From: Candidatus Eiseniibacteriota bacterium
GTDB taxonomy: Bacteria > Eisenbacteria > RBG-16-71-46 > CAZAMP01
DNA: 64,000 bases
Reading direction: 5' to 3'
NCBI GenBank assembly: GCA_965224245.1
Contig: OZ245046.1
Coordinates: 3,488,001-3,552,000, forward strand
Of the stretch, positions 41,280-53,249 are shown in pieces. The position numbers and the translations under genes were made by a program. Within the stretch, counting starts at the first letter, position 1. Each line of letters starts with the position of its first letter. The notes under the pieces were generated by a model. That model did not search any database. It had not been told where the DNA came from and was given only the letters and a program-made list of their open reading frames with translations.

Positions 41280-41561
41280 ATGAACGAACCCGCTGCTGGC
41301 GCGACCCCGAGCGATCGCGTGCCGGACGAGCTCCTCGACCTCCTGACGACCCTGTCCCGCGCACTCGTCGACGACCCGGACTCGGTCGACGTCCGCGTCG
41401 TCGCAGGACGATCGATGAGCGTCTTCGAGATCCGCGTGGCCAAGACGGACGTGGGCAAGCTGATCGGCAAGGACGGGCGCACGTTGCGCTCACTCCGCAC
41501 GATCATCACCGCGGTCGGCTCGAAGCTCCAGAGAAAGGCGCTCGTCGAGATCATCGAGTGA
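41280..41561 (+). CDS. khpA: KH-domain RNA-binding protein KhpA
   Basis: ALVDDPDSV...VAKTDVGKLIGKDGRTLRSLRTI...VEIIE. Confidence 0.92.
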   Translation: MNEPAAGATPSDRVPDELLDLLTTLSRALVDDPDSVDVRVVAGRSMSVFEIRVAKTDVGKLIGKDGRTLRSLRTIITAVGSKLQRKALVEIIE

Positions 41562-41612
41562 ACGACGGCAGACGGACCGCGAGCGTCGATCCGGTGCACC
41601 GCGCCTCGGGGC

Positions 41613-42713
41613 TCACGACCGTCGCAGCACGTCCGTGTAGGCCGCCAGCGTGGCCGTCACCATCGCGCGTGCCGTGAACCGCTCCAGCACCCGCTGCCGC
41701 CCCGCTCGGGCCAGGCTCCGGCGGAGCTCCGGGTCGGACAGGAGCCGCCCCAGTGCGCGCCCCAGCCCGTCACTGTCGCGGGGCTCCACGAGCAGCCCCG
41801 TCTCCCCGTCCCGGATGATCTCCGGAATGCCCCCCACCCGCGACGCGACCACCGGGCGATGGGCCGCGAGCGCATCGAGAATGCTCGTACCGAGCCCTTC
41901 CATCACCGACGGGAGCGCGAACACGTCGAACCCGGCCAGGACGTCGGCCACGTCGTCCCGGAAGCCCGCGAACGCGACGCGGTCGCCGATGCCGAGACGC
42001 TCCACCTCGGCCCGGAGCTTCGGCTCGTCCTCACCGCGGCCCACCAGGACCAGACGTGCGTCGGGCCGGTCGGCCAGCACGAACGGCCACGCCCGCACGA
42101 GGTACTCGAGCCCCTTGTGCCAGGCGAAGTGCGCGATCGTGCCCACGACGGGAACGTCGTGGCCGAGCGCCCACGACGCGCGCGCCCGTGCGCCGTCTCC
42201 CCCCTCGACCCGCGCGGGATCGATGCCGCTCGGCGCCAGGGAGATTCGATCGGGCTCGACGCCCGCCCCGATCAGCACGTCGCGGACGGCATCGGTGATC
42301 GCGAGGTATCGATCCACACCGACGCGATACTTCACCGCCGCCGAGAGCCCGGTGGGCACGAAGTCGACACGCCGCGACACGACCCGCCGCCCGACCCGCG
42401 CCAGCCGCGAGGCGACGACACCCAGCGAGTGGGCATGCGAGGTGTGCATGTGCACGACGTCCGGGCAACGCCGATTGAGGACGCGGACGAGGCGCCACAG
42501 CGCGAGCGGGTCGAGCTCTCCCCGCATCGGCACCGTCTCGACGTCGAGGCCGTCACCACGAAACCGCTCGGCGATCGCCGAGCCGGGCGGCGCGATCAGG
42601 AACGGCGCGTGTCCGTGCTCCAGGAGCCCCTCGACGAGGTAGCGGACCTGCTGCTCACCGCCCCGCCAGGTGAGCTCGGTGTCGAGGTGGGCCACCGAGA
42701 TCGGCCCCGTCAC
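41613..42713 (-). CDS. Glycosyltransferase family 4
   Basis: WRGGEQQV, SRRVDF, GFRDDV, PSVMEGLGTSILDA, VGGIPE. Confidence 0.92.
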   Translation of the reverse strand: MTGPISVAHLDTELTWRGGEQQVRYLVEGLLEHGHAPFLIAPPGSAIAERFRGDGLDVETVPMRGELDPLALWRLVRVLNRRCPDVVHMHTSHAHSLGVVASRLARVGRRVVSRRVDFVPTGLSAAVKYRVGVDRYLAITDAVRDVLIGAGVEPDRISLAPSGIDPARVEGGDGARARASWALGHDVPVVGTIAHFAWHKGLEYLVRAWPFVLADRPDARLVLVGRGEDEPKLRAEVERLGIGDRVAFAGFRDDVADVLAGFDVFALPSVMEGLGTSILDALAAHRPVVASRVGGIPEIIRDGETGLLVEPRDSDGLGRALGRLLSDPELRRSLARAGRQRVLERFTARAMVTATLAAYTDVLRRS

Positions 42714-43486
42714 GGGTCCGGCTCCCCGGCGCGGGCATAGCGGTACTTGAGTCGCACGTAGCGCGCGCCCATCACCGCCGCCGTGAGCCCCGCGCGACCG
42801 TCCAGGAGCCCTCGCTTGAGTAGCCACATGCGCAGGAAGCGGGCCACCGGGCGAAGCCACTCGTCCCAGACGTGCGCCCGACGGCCGTCCCGCGCGAGCT
42901 GGCGGGCGGCCAGTCGCGCGTACCGCTCGATCTTCTCGGCGTGATGCACACGGTCGCGATACGGATAGTGATGGAGCGGACCGGTCAGCGACCCCACGCG
43001 TCCGTCGACCGAGACCCCTTCGTGCACGAGGCGGCCGTCGAAGACGGCCCGACACCGCCGGAAGAGGCGGAGCTTCGGATCGGGATACCAGCCGCCGTGG
43101 CGAATCCAGCGTCCCAGATAGGACACCATTCGCGAGACGCGGAACCCCGCCGCGTCGGATCGTTCGGCTAGCACCCGCCGGATCGACTCGCGGAGCTCCG
43201 GCGAGACCTCCTCGTCGGCGTCCACCCAGAGCACCCAGTCGGTGTCGAGGAGCGACATGGCGAACGTCTTCTGCGCGGAGTATCCACTCCACGGTTGCAC
43301 GTGGACCTCGGCGCCCAGCTCGCGGGCGAGCCGGACCGTGTCGTCGGTGGACTCGCTGTCGACCACCACCGTGCGATCGGCGAACCGGACGCTCTCGAGG
43401 CAGCGGGTGATGTTGTCGGCCTCGTTCAGCGTGATCACGATCACGCCCAGCGTCTCGGGCGCCGACGCCCCGGTCGACGGCATCAT
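42710..43486 (-). CDS. Glycosyltransferase family 2 (WaaE/KdtX-like)
   Basis: ITLNEA, DSESTDDT, VDADE, GWYPD, VHE. Confidence 0.92.
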   Translation of the reverse strand: MMPSTGASAPETLGVIVITLNEADNITRCLESVRFADRTVVVDSESTDDTVRLARELGAEVHVQPWSGYSAQKTFAMSLLDTDWVLWVDADEEVSPELRESIRRVLAERSDAAGFRVSRMVSYLGRWIRHGGWYPDPKLRLFRRCRAVFDGRLVHEGVSVDGRVGSLTGPLHHYPYRDRVHHAEKIERYARLAARQLARDGRRAHVWDEWLRPVARFLRMWLLKRGLLDGRAGLTAAVMGARYVRLKYRYARAGEPDP

Positions 43487-44622
43487 GGGGCGGACCCCGC
43501 GGGAATCGGGGCGCCGCGCCTCGCGAGCGCCGAGGCGTACAGCTCGTCGTGCCGCGCGACGATCACGTCACGGGCGAGCGCGGTCACCGCCCACCGGCGA
43601 GCGGCGTTTCCGAGAGACGCGCGGGCGTCCGGATCGCGGGCGAGCTCGGACAGTGCGGCCGCCAGCGCGGTGGAGTCGCCCGGTGGCACCAGTCGTCCCG
43701 TCTCTCCGTCGGTGATCATGTCCGGAAGCACGCTCACGTCGCTCGCGACGACCGGGAGCCCCGACGCCATCAGCTCGCCGCCGATCCGACAGATCGCCTC
43801 GGATCCGGTGGATGCGACGACCCCCACGTCGAGCGCCGCGAGGACGGTCCGAACGTCCTCGAGACGCCCCACGAAACGAACCCGGTCGGCGATCCCGAGC
43901 TCGCCGGTCCACTCCCGGACGTCCCGCTCGGTCAGCTGAGCCGGCTCTCCGGCGATGACCAGCACCTTCGGGATCGGTCCCGCGACGAGACGAGCCCACG
44001 CCTCGAGGAGAACGCGGTGCCCCTTCACCGGGGAGAGGCGGGCGACGATGCCGGCCACGAACGCGTCGTCCGGCAGCCCGAGCGACCGACGCGCCTCGGC
44101 GCGCTGGCCGGGCGTGAACGGGACGAAACGGGCCGCGTCGATCGCGCCCGGGATGACGGCCGGGTCCCGTCCGGTCATCGTGCGGACCGGCGGCGCCAGG
44201 AAACGCGCGGGCACCGCGACCGCGTCCGCGCGGCGATACAGCCATCGGTTCCACGGACTGGGCTGTGGGCGGCGGACCTCGCCCTTGGTCCGCACCAGCG
44301 CGACCGCCGGCGCTCCGGCGCTCCTCGCGATCTCGGCCGCTGCATGCCCCGCCCCCGTGTGTACGTGCACGACGTCCGGCCTCTCCCGGGCGAGATGGCG
44401 CGCGAGATCGCGGGCCAGCCGGAGCTGGCCGGTCACGCCGCGCGAGATCGGGACGGCCAGGGGCACGCCGGCGGCCCGTGCGCGCTCGGCGGACGGGCTG
44501 TCGGCCAGCGCGCAGACCGTCACCCGACGTCCGGTCCGGTGCTGGGCGGTGGCGAGATCGATCGCGTAGGCGGCGATCGCGCTCCACCAGCGAACGGCCA
44601 CCACGTGTGCGACGTGAACCAT
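43483..44622 (-). CDS. Glycosyltransferase family 4
   Basis: ARLSPVKGH, GSEAICRIGGELMASGLPVV. Confidence 0.9.
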   Translation of the reverse strand: MVHVAHVVAVRWWSAIAAYAIDLATAQHRTGRRVTVCALADSPSAERARAAGVPLAVPISRGVTGQLRLARDLARHLARERPDVVHVHTGAGHAAAEIARSAGAPAVALVRTKGEVRRPQPSPWNRWLYRRADAVAVPARFLAPPVRTMTGRDPAVIPGAIDAARFVPFTPGQRAEARRSLGLPDDAFVAGIVARLSPVKGHRVLLEAWARLVAGPIPKVLVIAGEPAQLTERDVREWTGELGIADRVRFVGRLEDVRTVLAALDVGVVASTGSEAICRIGGELMASGLPVVASDVSVLPDMITDGETGRLVPPGDSTALAAALSELARDPDARASLGNAARRWAVTALARDVIVARHDELYASALARRGAPIPAGSAP

Positions 44623-44715
44623 GACGGGACAGGATACTGGACCCCGTGCCCGCCATCCATGCCGGCAGGGCGGTGAGGCCGGTGCGTGGTTCGGCGGGGT
44701 GGGTCCGGGGACGGG

Positions 44716-45597
44716 TCAGCTCGACACGCGACCGGCGGTGCTCGGGAGGGCCAGGCGCGCGTTCGGGGAGCCGGGGCCACGAACCCGGCGCCACCACGAG
44801 CCGACACGCCCGCGCAGCGAGTAGTGACGTTCCCAGGCGCGCTCGATGTCCGGAAGGCACCGCATCGCCTCGCGGTACCCGACCTCGATCATCGCCTCGG
44901 CCTCGCGGATCTCGAACGAGTTGAACTCGCTCAGGTCGGGCTTGATGCACACGTCGGCGGCCCGCTCGGACACCGCGGCGTTCTGCTGTGCGACGAGCCC
45001 CATCGTATGCATGATCAGCGCGAGCATGTGGCGGGGTGGATTGGCGCGCTTGCGGTGAAAGCCGAGGTTCACGCCGACCACGAGGGGCGGCTCGTAGGCC
45101 TCGAGCGCGCGGGTCGGCATGTACTCGACGAGGCCGCCGTCGACGTACAGCGAGCCGTTCATCTCGACCGGAGCATAGATCTGCGGAATGCACGACGAGG
45201 CCTGGGCGGCCTTGGCCACGGGGCCCGAGTCGAGCGCCTCCTCGCGGCCGTCCTGCAGGTTCGTGACGATGATCGAGAGCGGGATCCGCAGCTGCTCGAA
45301 GGTGACGTCTCCGATCGCGTCGACGACCATCCGGTACAGCTTGTCGGAGGACAGGAAGCCCAGCCGCCGAAAGCCGATGCGGCCCAGGTCGGTCAGCTTC
45401 ATGCTGGACGCCTTGGCCGCGATCTCCTCGATCGGGATCCCGGCGCAGTAGTACGCGGCCACGATCGATCCGCCGCTGGTGGCCGCCACCCGATCGATGA
45501 CGATACCCGCCTCGTCCAGCGCCTTCAGCACGCCGATGTGAGCCACGCTCTTGGCCGTGCCCCCCGAGAGGGCCAGTCCAATGTGAATGGGTCTCAT
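44716..45597 (-). CDS. Patatin-like phospholipase
   Basis: LALSGG, ATSGG nucleophile elbow, ASSCIP, VDGG. Confidence 0.9.
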   Translation of the reverse strand: MRPIHIGLALSGGTAKSVAHIGVLKALDEAGIVIDRVAATSGGSIVAAYYCAGIPIEEIAAKASSMKLTDLGRIGFRRLGFLSSDKLYRMVVDAIGDVTFEQLRIPLSIIVTNLQDGREEALDSGPVAKAAQASSCIPQIYAPVEMNGSLYVDGGLVEYMPTRALEAYEPPLVVGVNLGFHRKRANPPRHMLALIMHTMGLVAQQNAAVSERAADVCIKPDLSEFNSFEIREAEAMIEVGYREAMRCLPDIERAWERHYSLRGRVGSWWRRVRGPGSPNARLALPSTAGRVSS

Positions 45598-45764
45598 GCA
45601 CGATCCCGTGGTGATGCGCCGCCGAGGCCGCGCGGCCTCACTGAACGTTCGACAGATTCAACCCCGATCTCGTGGATTTTCTTCCCACCCGAGGTCGAGG
45701 TCCGCCGATCCGGGTGGCCCCGGCCGCGTCCGGGCGAGTCGATCCGCGGCCGGGGATCACACGA

Positions 45765-47630
45765 TCAGAAGTGCAGCGTGGCGGCGAACCGGAGCGAGCT
45801 CTGAACCAGCGACACGTCCTGCGCGGCGTAGTCGGCGTCGGTCGCGCCGGCGGCGAACTCGTAGTCGCCGGAGAACGGATCGTATAGGCTGAACGGCGGC
45901 GTGCCGCCCCACCACGTCACGTAGTCGGTGGTGGCCCGGCGGAACGACATGTCGAACCCGACCCGGCCGGAGTGGAAGCCGAGCCCGAACGAGACCGCGT
46001 TGCCCGTGGCCTCTTCGAGCTGGGGGAAGCCGTCCGCGTCCAGTAGGACCGGGCGCTCTGTGACTCCCTGGTCGTTGACCTCCTCGTCTCCCAGGACGAG
46101 CGACGGGAACGCGAACGGGACCTCCTCCCATCCCAGACGAAGATCCAGGCCGAAGCCCGCCCGGTCGAACAGCGGGGTCTCGAAGCCGACGTGGATGGAC
46201 GTCTTGTCGTACAGGTTGGCGCTCCCGTCGTGCAGCTTCAGGTTGGTGTCGACCGAGATGTCGGTGTCGTCGCCGAGCTCGTCCTGGAGAGCCTGGTTGA
46301 TGAACTCGAACTCCTCGGAGAGCTCGTCGTTGGTCAGGAACTCGTCGACGTGGTCGACGGTCGCGTCGGAGAGCGTCGTGGACGAGTAGTCGACGTCGAC
46401 GCGGCCGCGCCCGAAGAAACGGTGCACGTAGCCCATGATGCCGCCCCGATCGACGCCGTCGCCGAGCAGATTCGTGAGATGAACGGAGCCTCCGACCGTC
46501 AGCGTGGCCGGGATCGTCATGTCGTAGTCCGCGATGCGACCATCGACGACCAGCGCGACCGTGGGGTTGCCGACCGAGAACCCGTCCTGCACCAGCTGGT
46601 ACTTGCCGCTGCGCATCTCGAGCGTGTACTCGGGCCGGAAGACCGCGCCGGCGGTGACCGCACCGCCGCGCAGACCGATCTGGGCCCCCAGGTCGAACGC
46701 GGTCCCCGTGAACTTCTGGGTGATGGACGCGTCGTTCAGGAGCGGGCCCGGGTACTCGACGACGAGCTGCGTGAGCTGGGAGACCGTGAACACCTGCTCG
46801 GCACGGACGCGGCCGCTGGCGAGGTTGGCCGCGCCGCCGAGGTTGAGCCACGCGTTGCCGTCGCGATCGCCGAGCGTCGTGGCCAGACCGAACACGAGCG
46901 CGCCGATGCCGCCCTCCTCCCGCGACTGCCCGGCCGACTTCAGCTCGCCGGTGAGCCCCTGGACGCCACCCTCGGGGAGCCAGCGCGTGATCGCGTTGGT
47001 GGAGTTCTTGATGTCGACGAACTCCCGGTAGCCGACCGCGAGCGCGGTTCGCCCGAGGAAGCGCCCGAAACCGCTGTCGGCGTCGGGATCGTAGAACGGT
47101 AGGCCGGACATCATGAGCCCGTCGTGCACGAGCGCGTAGCGGGGCTCCACCGCGACCTCGAGCGGATCGATGCGCCCGACGATGCCCGTGTCGAAGATCA
47201 AGAAGTCGGTCAGCTCGCTCTGGCTGGATCCGAAGAAGTTGCCGATCCCCACCCGGACGTCGCCCGCCGACCCGTCCGGACGCCAGGCCAGACCGGCCGG
47301 GTTGATGACCAGCGCCTCGGCGCCGCTGGCCGTCGCGACGGCGGCGCCGCCGAGCGCGTCGGAGCGGGCCGAGCGACTGGCCCCGGCGAAGTCCAGGTCG
47401 TGGTTCAGGTAGTAGAACTGGGGGGCCAGCGTGGACAGCGTCGCGTACTCGAGCCCGTAGGGATCGCTCTCGGCGTCGACGCCGCGCGGCAGCGGGGCCA
47501 GGCGGTTGAAGTAGTTCAGGAGGTAGTAATCGAGATTGACGGTGCGACGAATGATTTCCTGGGCATCGGCCGTGGTCGCCAGGATCGCGAGAAGGCCGAA
47601 CGCGGTGAGGACACGCGCGCGTGCGGACAT
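45765..47630 (-). CDS. Outer-membrane barrel of FadL/OmpP1-like type
   Basis: Signal peptide; ARSDALGGA...INPAGL hatch motif; C-terminal Phe. Confidence 0.7.
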   Translation of the reverse strand: MSARARVLTAFGLLAILATTADAQEIIRRTVNLDYYLLNYFNRLAPLPRGVDAESDPYGLEYATLSTLAPQFYYLNHDLDFAGASRSARSDALGGAAVATASGAEALVINPAGLAWRPDGSAGDVRVGIGNFFGSSQSELTDFLIFDTGIVGRIDPLEVAVEPRYALVHDGLMMSGLPFYDPDADSGFGRFLGRTALAVGYREFVDIKNSTNAITRWLPEGGVQGLTGELKSAGQSREEGGIGALVFGLATTLGDRDGNAWLNLGGAANLASGRVRAEQVFTVSQLTQLVVEYPGPLLNDASITQKFTGTAFDLGAQIGLRGGAVTAGAVFRPEYTLEMRSGKYQLVQDGFSVGNPTVALVVDGRIADYDMTIPATLTVGGSVHLTNLLGDGVDRGGIMGYVHRFFGRGRVDVDYSSTTLSDATVDHVDEFLTNDELSEEFEFINQALQDELGDDTDISVDTNLKLHDGSANLYDKTSIHVGFETPLFDRAGFGLDLRLGWEEVPFAFPSLVLGDEEVNDQGVTERPVLLDADGFPQLEEATGNAVSFGLGFHSGRVGFDMSFRRATTDYVTWWGGTPPFSLYDPFSGDYEFAAGATDADYAAQDVSLVQSSLRFAATLHF

Positions 47631-47639
47631 GGAAGCCTC

Positions 47640-48116
47640 CTAGAAGTTCCGATCTCTGGCAGCCAACAACGCGGCTCCGACCCCCATGGACCAGAACACG
47701 ACCCGACGGATCGTCTGGGCCTTGTCCGTGGCCATCCGCTCCACCGAGAGGATCTGATCGCGCTCGACGATGAGCCGGTCGAGATCCTCCTCGTCGACGT
47801 ACAGGCGAAAGTCGCGGATGCGCTCGGCTTGATACCGGTTGGATGCGGTGTCGTCGAGCGTGACCAGATCGGCCACGACGATCTCGGTCTCGTCGACCGA
47901 TTCCACCGCACCGCGGAACGTCCGGCCGGCGCTCGAGTAGGTGACGGTCTCACCGTTGTCGATGCGACCGACCATCGAAGAGCCGTCCTGGAAGGTCAGG
48001 ACGACCTTCTCCTCGCGAGAGAAGTCGACGCCGTCGACCGGCACGCGCATCGTGCATCCGAAGAGGACGAGGAGGGTCGGAAGACACATCCACCCAGCCA
48101 CCCATTTGGTACCCAT
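47640..48116 (-). CDS. Hypothetical lipoprotein
   Basis: GGAGG RBS; lipobox LFGC; hydrophobic C-terminal helix. Confidence 0.65.
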   Translation of the reverse strand: MGTKWVAGWMCLPTLLVLFGCTMRVPVDGVDFSREEKVVLTFQDGSSMVGRIDNGETVTYSSAGRTFRGAVESVDETEIVVADLVTLDDTASNRYQAERIRDFRLYVDEEDLDRLIVERDQILSVERMATDKAQTIRRVVFWSMGVGAALLAARDRNF

Positions 48117-48309
48117 CGAGGGTCCTCCCGTTGTCTGATTGTCGCCCCGGCGAGAGAGTGAGCGCGACGACACGCCGTGCATGTGGGAGAGGGGACGCCA
48201 CCACCGCGCGACGCGCCGGCAAGCGAGGCGCCGCCGCGGACTTCCTGCCCGTCACGCGCCGTGTTCGGCCGGTGGCTCTCGGTCACGCTAAGTGACTGAG
48301 AGTGGGCGA

Positions 48310-48338
48310 ACTATAGGAAGGTGGCCTGGGGGTGTCAA
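48310..48338 (-). promoter_or_regulatory. Sigma-70 promoter for the lipoprotein/FadL-like genes
   Basis: TTGACA-N17-TATAGT. Confidence 0.8.
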
Positions 48339-48450
48339 GGGTGGGCGCCCGGCGGCCCGACGCCCGCGCAGGCGGTCGCGGGGACCGCCCACCGGGATCG
48401 GAGAGACGCACAAATGCCCTGATGGCAACGGGCTGCTGGCGGGATCGTCC

Positions 48451-49785
48451 TCAGGACGCCGGCTGCATGTGCGCCTGGAGATCCTCGTCCGAGAGGTTGA
48501 GTCCGGCTGGATCCAGCGACGCCACGACGCCGAGCTCCGGCACCGCGGCCAGATCGAGCGTCTCTCGCCCACCCCAGCGCCGGACCACGGGCCGGAACAC
48601 GTCTTCCTTGCGTGGCCCCTCCACGACGACGGCCAGCGTCTCGTCCGAGAGGCGGACGAGGCTTCCCGGCGGGTACGCGCCGATCATGCTCACGAACACC
48701 TTCGTGAGCGTCGGATCGAAGGCCCTGCCACGCTGGTGCCAGATGTAGCTCATGGCGACCGCCGGCGTGATCGGGACCTGGCGGTACGCGCGCACCGACG
48801 TCATCGCGTCGTAGCAGTCGCAGAGGGTCACGATCCGCGAGTACATCGCGGGGGCCGCGGGCACGCGGAGCTCGGGATAGCCCGAGCCGTCGTAGCGGAT
48901 GTGATGCTCGAGCGCCACCTGCACCGCGCGGATCATCGTGGGCTCGAGCCCCCGGCGCTCCAGGAGGATCCGGGCACCGAGGAGCGGATGCGTCTTCATG
49001 ACCTCCCACTCCTGCGGCGTGAACTTCCCCGGCTTGTTCAGGATGCGGAGAGAGATCTTGATCTTGCCGACGTCGTGGAAGAGTGCGGCCACGCCGAGCT
49101 CGCGGGCACGAAGCCGGTTCAGCCCGATGCGCGTTCCGAGCGCGGAGGCCAGGATGCACACGTTCACCGAGTGCTGGAACGTGTAGAGGTCGTAGTCCCG
49201 GATCGTCATCGCCGCGAACAGCACCTGCTCGTCGGTGACGAGCGTCTCGACGATGTCTCCCACCAGCCGGCGACCCCGGCGGACGCTGAGCTCGCCGCGA
49301 TCGCGGGCATCGTGATAGATGTCGCGGATCTCGCCGATCGCGCGCTTGTAGACGCGTTCGGGCGTCCGGGTGCGTGAGCCCGGACCATGAGACTCCAGAT
49401 CGGGGGAGACCGGCTCGGCGTAGCAGTCCTCCGGCGCCTCCCAGGCATCACGCTGTGACATGGCGGTCACGAACGCGGCCAGCGCCGCCGGCTCGGGCGG
49501 GGACGTGAAGGCGAACCCGCCAATTCCCATCCGCTCCAGACGTGCCCGGAGGTCGGCGACCTCGTGGACGTGCCGCACGCGCTCGCGGTTGACGAACATC
49601 TGATCGGTGGTGACGGTCAGCACGCACTCCCCGTCGTTCAGGAACGCGGCGTGAATGCTCTCCAGGAGGCGCCGGAGCGCGCGCTGCGCGGCGTCGTTCG
49701 CGCTGTCGTGCACCTTCAGGATGTTCAGGGCCACCTGGAAGTTCAGGGCCATGCCGACGATCTCGGCGTCGGGGCTCCAGCTCAC
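48451..49785 (-). CDS. HD-GYP cyclic dinucleotide phosphodiesterase
   Basis: YTFQHSVNV, FHDVGK, HPLLGA, EHHIRYDGSGYP, DCYDAMTS.R.Y. Confidence 0.92.
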   Translation of the reverse strand: MSWSPDAEIVGMALNFQVALNILKVHDSANDAAQRALRRLLESIHAAFLNDGECVLTVTTDQMFVNRERVRHVHEVADLRARLERMGIGGFAFTSPPEPAALAAFVTAMSQRDAWEAPEDCYAEPVSPDLESHGPGSRTRTPERVYKRAIGEIRDIYHDARDRGELSVRRGRRLVGDIVETLVTDEQVLFAAMTIRDYDLYTFQHSVNVCILASALGTRIGLNRLRARELGVAALFHDVGKIKISLRILNKPGKFTPQEWEVMKTHPLLGARILLERRGLEPTMIRAVQVALEHHIRYDGSGYPELRVPAAPAMYSRIVTLCDCYDAMTSVRAYRQVPITPAVAMSYIWHQRGRAFDPTLTKVFVSMIGAYPPGSLVRLSDETLAVVVEGPRKEDVFRPVVRRWGGRETLDLAAVPELGVVASLDPAGLNLSDEDLQAHMQPAS

Positions 49786-51398
49786 GACATCCCCCGTTGG
49801 TGAGTGGCCTCGGCCAGATAGTCCTGCACCGCACGAGGCCCGGACGACATGAGCTCGGCCTTGAGCACCTCGGCCTCGGGATGTGTCATCAGGGCCAGCG
49901 CACCCGCCGCACACAGCCGGTCGTCGTCGGCCTGCTTGCGACGCAGCCAGCCCTTCTGGGTGAGGAGCTTCCGGAGAAACGGAAGCACCTCCGGCACGTT
50001 CGTGCTGCCGAGCGCCTGGAAGAAGACCCTCCGCTCGTCGATGTCGCGATCTCGGAAATTGGAGCGGAGCATCTCCTTCAAGAGCGGCTCCAGCGCCTCG
50101 CGCACACCGAGCCGCGGCAGAGCCCACGCGGCGCGACAGCGCACGTCGGTGGACGGGTCCGACAGGAGACGCGCGAGCACCGACCGCGCATGCGCACCGC
50201 CGATCGACTCCAGCGCCTCGACGACCTCGACCCGGGCGGCCGTGGGGGCCGTGCGGAGAATCTCGCCGAGAGGGGCGACGACCTCCTTCGTCTTGACCTC
50301 TTTCAGAAGCCGGATCGCCGCGATCAGGGGGTCGCCTTCGAGCTGGGACAGGCGATCGGTCACCGCCTCGGGGCTCCGGCGGAGCTGATCGGCCAGCCCC
50401 GCATGCACGATGGCCCGGCCGTCACCGTCCGGCATCGACAGGAACGCGTCGAACAGGTGCGGCGTCGCCGATCGGCGGAGCTCGGCGATCAGCGTCACCG
50501 CGGCGTCCGCGCTGTCCCAGGTACCCGACGCCAGCGCGTGCGTGATGGCGCCCACGGCCTCGGAAGACGCGAAGCTCTCCTGGCACTCGACGATCGCCCG
50601 CATCTTCTCCTCGGTCAGGCCCTGGGGCTCGGCGCGGAAGTGATCGAGCAGCTGGATCGTCTCGCGGGCGCCCGAGAACTGGCCGTCGCGGATGCACTGG
50701 TCCACGACCGACCGGAGAAGCTCGAGCGCGGTGGAGAAGTGATCGCGCTCGCTCTCCAGTCCGAAGAGCTGGCAGAGAATGCCGCCGACCTGGATCGGTG
50801 TGGGCGCGGTGGCCAGAGCCGCGACCTCGGAGGAGAGCACGGCGCTCTCCTGGTCGTTGTGGGTGAAGTCGCGCTGGGTCCACTCCGCCGGCGAGAGCGG
50901 CTCGGGCATCCGGTTCTCCGGGAGGGTGCTGTTGAAGTGGCTCGGCTCCTCCTCCTTGGGCTGCGAGGGCACCTCGACCGCTTCCCAGCGGACGTTCGGC
51001 CAGTCCCGCTCCCACAGCATCGTGGCCAGATCCGCGTCCAGGCGCATGCTCTCGAAGTCGACGGCGATCAGCGAGACGAGCCCGCTCAGCTCCTCCTCCG
51101 TGATCGCCGGACCCAGCTCCAGGAACGCGAGGCCGCCCGCGGCCAGACGGCGGCCGAGATCCGCGGCGTCCTCCGTCGACAGGGTCGTCCCGCCGAGCTC
51201 GAGCCCGCCGGCGGCGCTTCTGAGAACGACGGGCTCTCCGTTCGAGACCGCCCCGAACGCGCCCAGCAGCTGCTCCACCAGCGCCCGCCGGCTGGCGTGG
51301 TTCTCACCGTAGAGCGCTCCCGTGCGGATCGTCCGGGAGAGCACGGCCACGAGCTGGAGATGCGTCTCGGGGCTGTGATCGGTGGGGTCACCTGACAT
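49782..51398 (-). CDS. HEAT-repeat protein
   Basis: N-terminal LYGENH motif; C-terminal HEAT repeats (DPSTDVRCRAA); coupled to the HD-GYP gene. Confidence 0.8.
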   Translation of the reverse strand: MSGDPTDHSPETHLQLVAVLSRTIRTGALYGENHASRRALVEQLLGAFGAVSNGEPVVLRSAAGGLELGGTTLSTEDAADLGRRLAAGGLAFLELGPAITEEELSGLVSLIAVDFESMRLDADLATMLWERDWPNVRWEAVEVPSQPKEEEPSHFNSTLPENRMPEPLSPAEWTQRDFTHNDQESAVLSSEVAALATAPTPIQVGGILCQLFGLESERDHFSTALELLRSVVDQCIRDGQFSGARETIQLLDHFRAEPQGLTEEKMRAIVECQESFASSEAVGAITHALASGTWDSADAAVTLIAELRRSATPHLFDAFLSMPDGDGRAIVHAGLADQLRRSPEAVTDRLSQLEGDPLIAAIRLLKEVKTKEVVAPLGEILRTAPTAARVEVVEALESIGGAHARSVLARLLSDPSTDVRCRAAWALPRLGVREALEPLLKEMLRSNFRDRDIDERRVFFQALGSTNVPEVLPFLRKLLTQKGWLRRKQADDDRLCAAGALALMTHPEAEVLKAELMSSGPRAVQDYLAEATHQRGMS

Positions 51399-51621
51399 GC
51401 AGCTGGAATCCTCACGCTGACCGTCTGAGTGCTGGCCGCGGCGGGCAGACGGGTCTCCGCTCGGCCGCACGGGCTCCCGGTCGTGTCACCCTCTGAGTGG
51501 GGTATCGGCGATCCGGAGGCGGAGGTTCACTGGGCAGGGGGCGCTTCGGGACTCGGAGAGGCGTTCGAGGCGGGGCCGCCGGCCGAGATCGGCCGGCGAC
51601 CCGATCGGTCCGAGCCGGACG

Positions 51622-53073
<1,452 letters not shown>

Positions 53074-53249
53074 CGGATACTCCAGGTGGATCGAGGAAAG
53101 GGAGACGACGGCGTGACGGCCGTGCGCGGTCCCGTGCATGTCATGCGGTGCTCACGAGCTCGGAGCCCGTCATTCTAGCCGCGTCGTTCGACGACGGGCA
53201 ACCAGCGGGTGAGTAACGTCGTCGGCCGCGTTCCGGTTCCCGTCGACCG

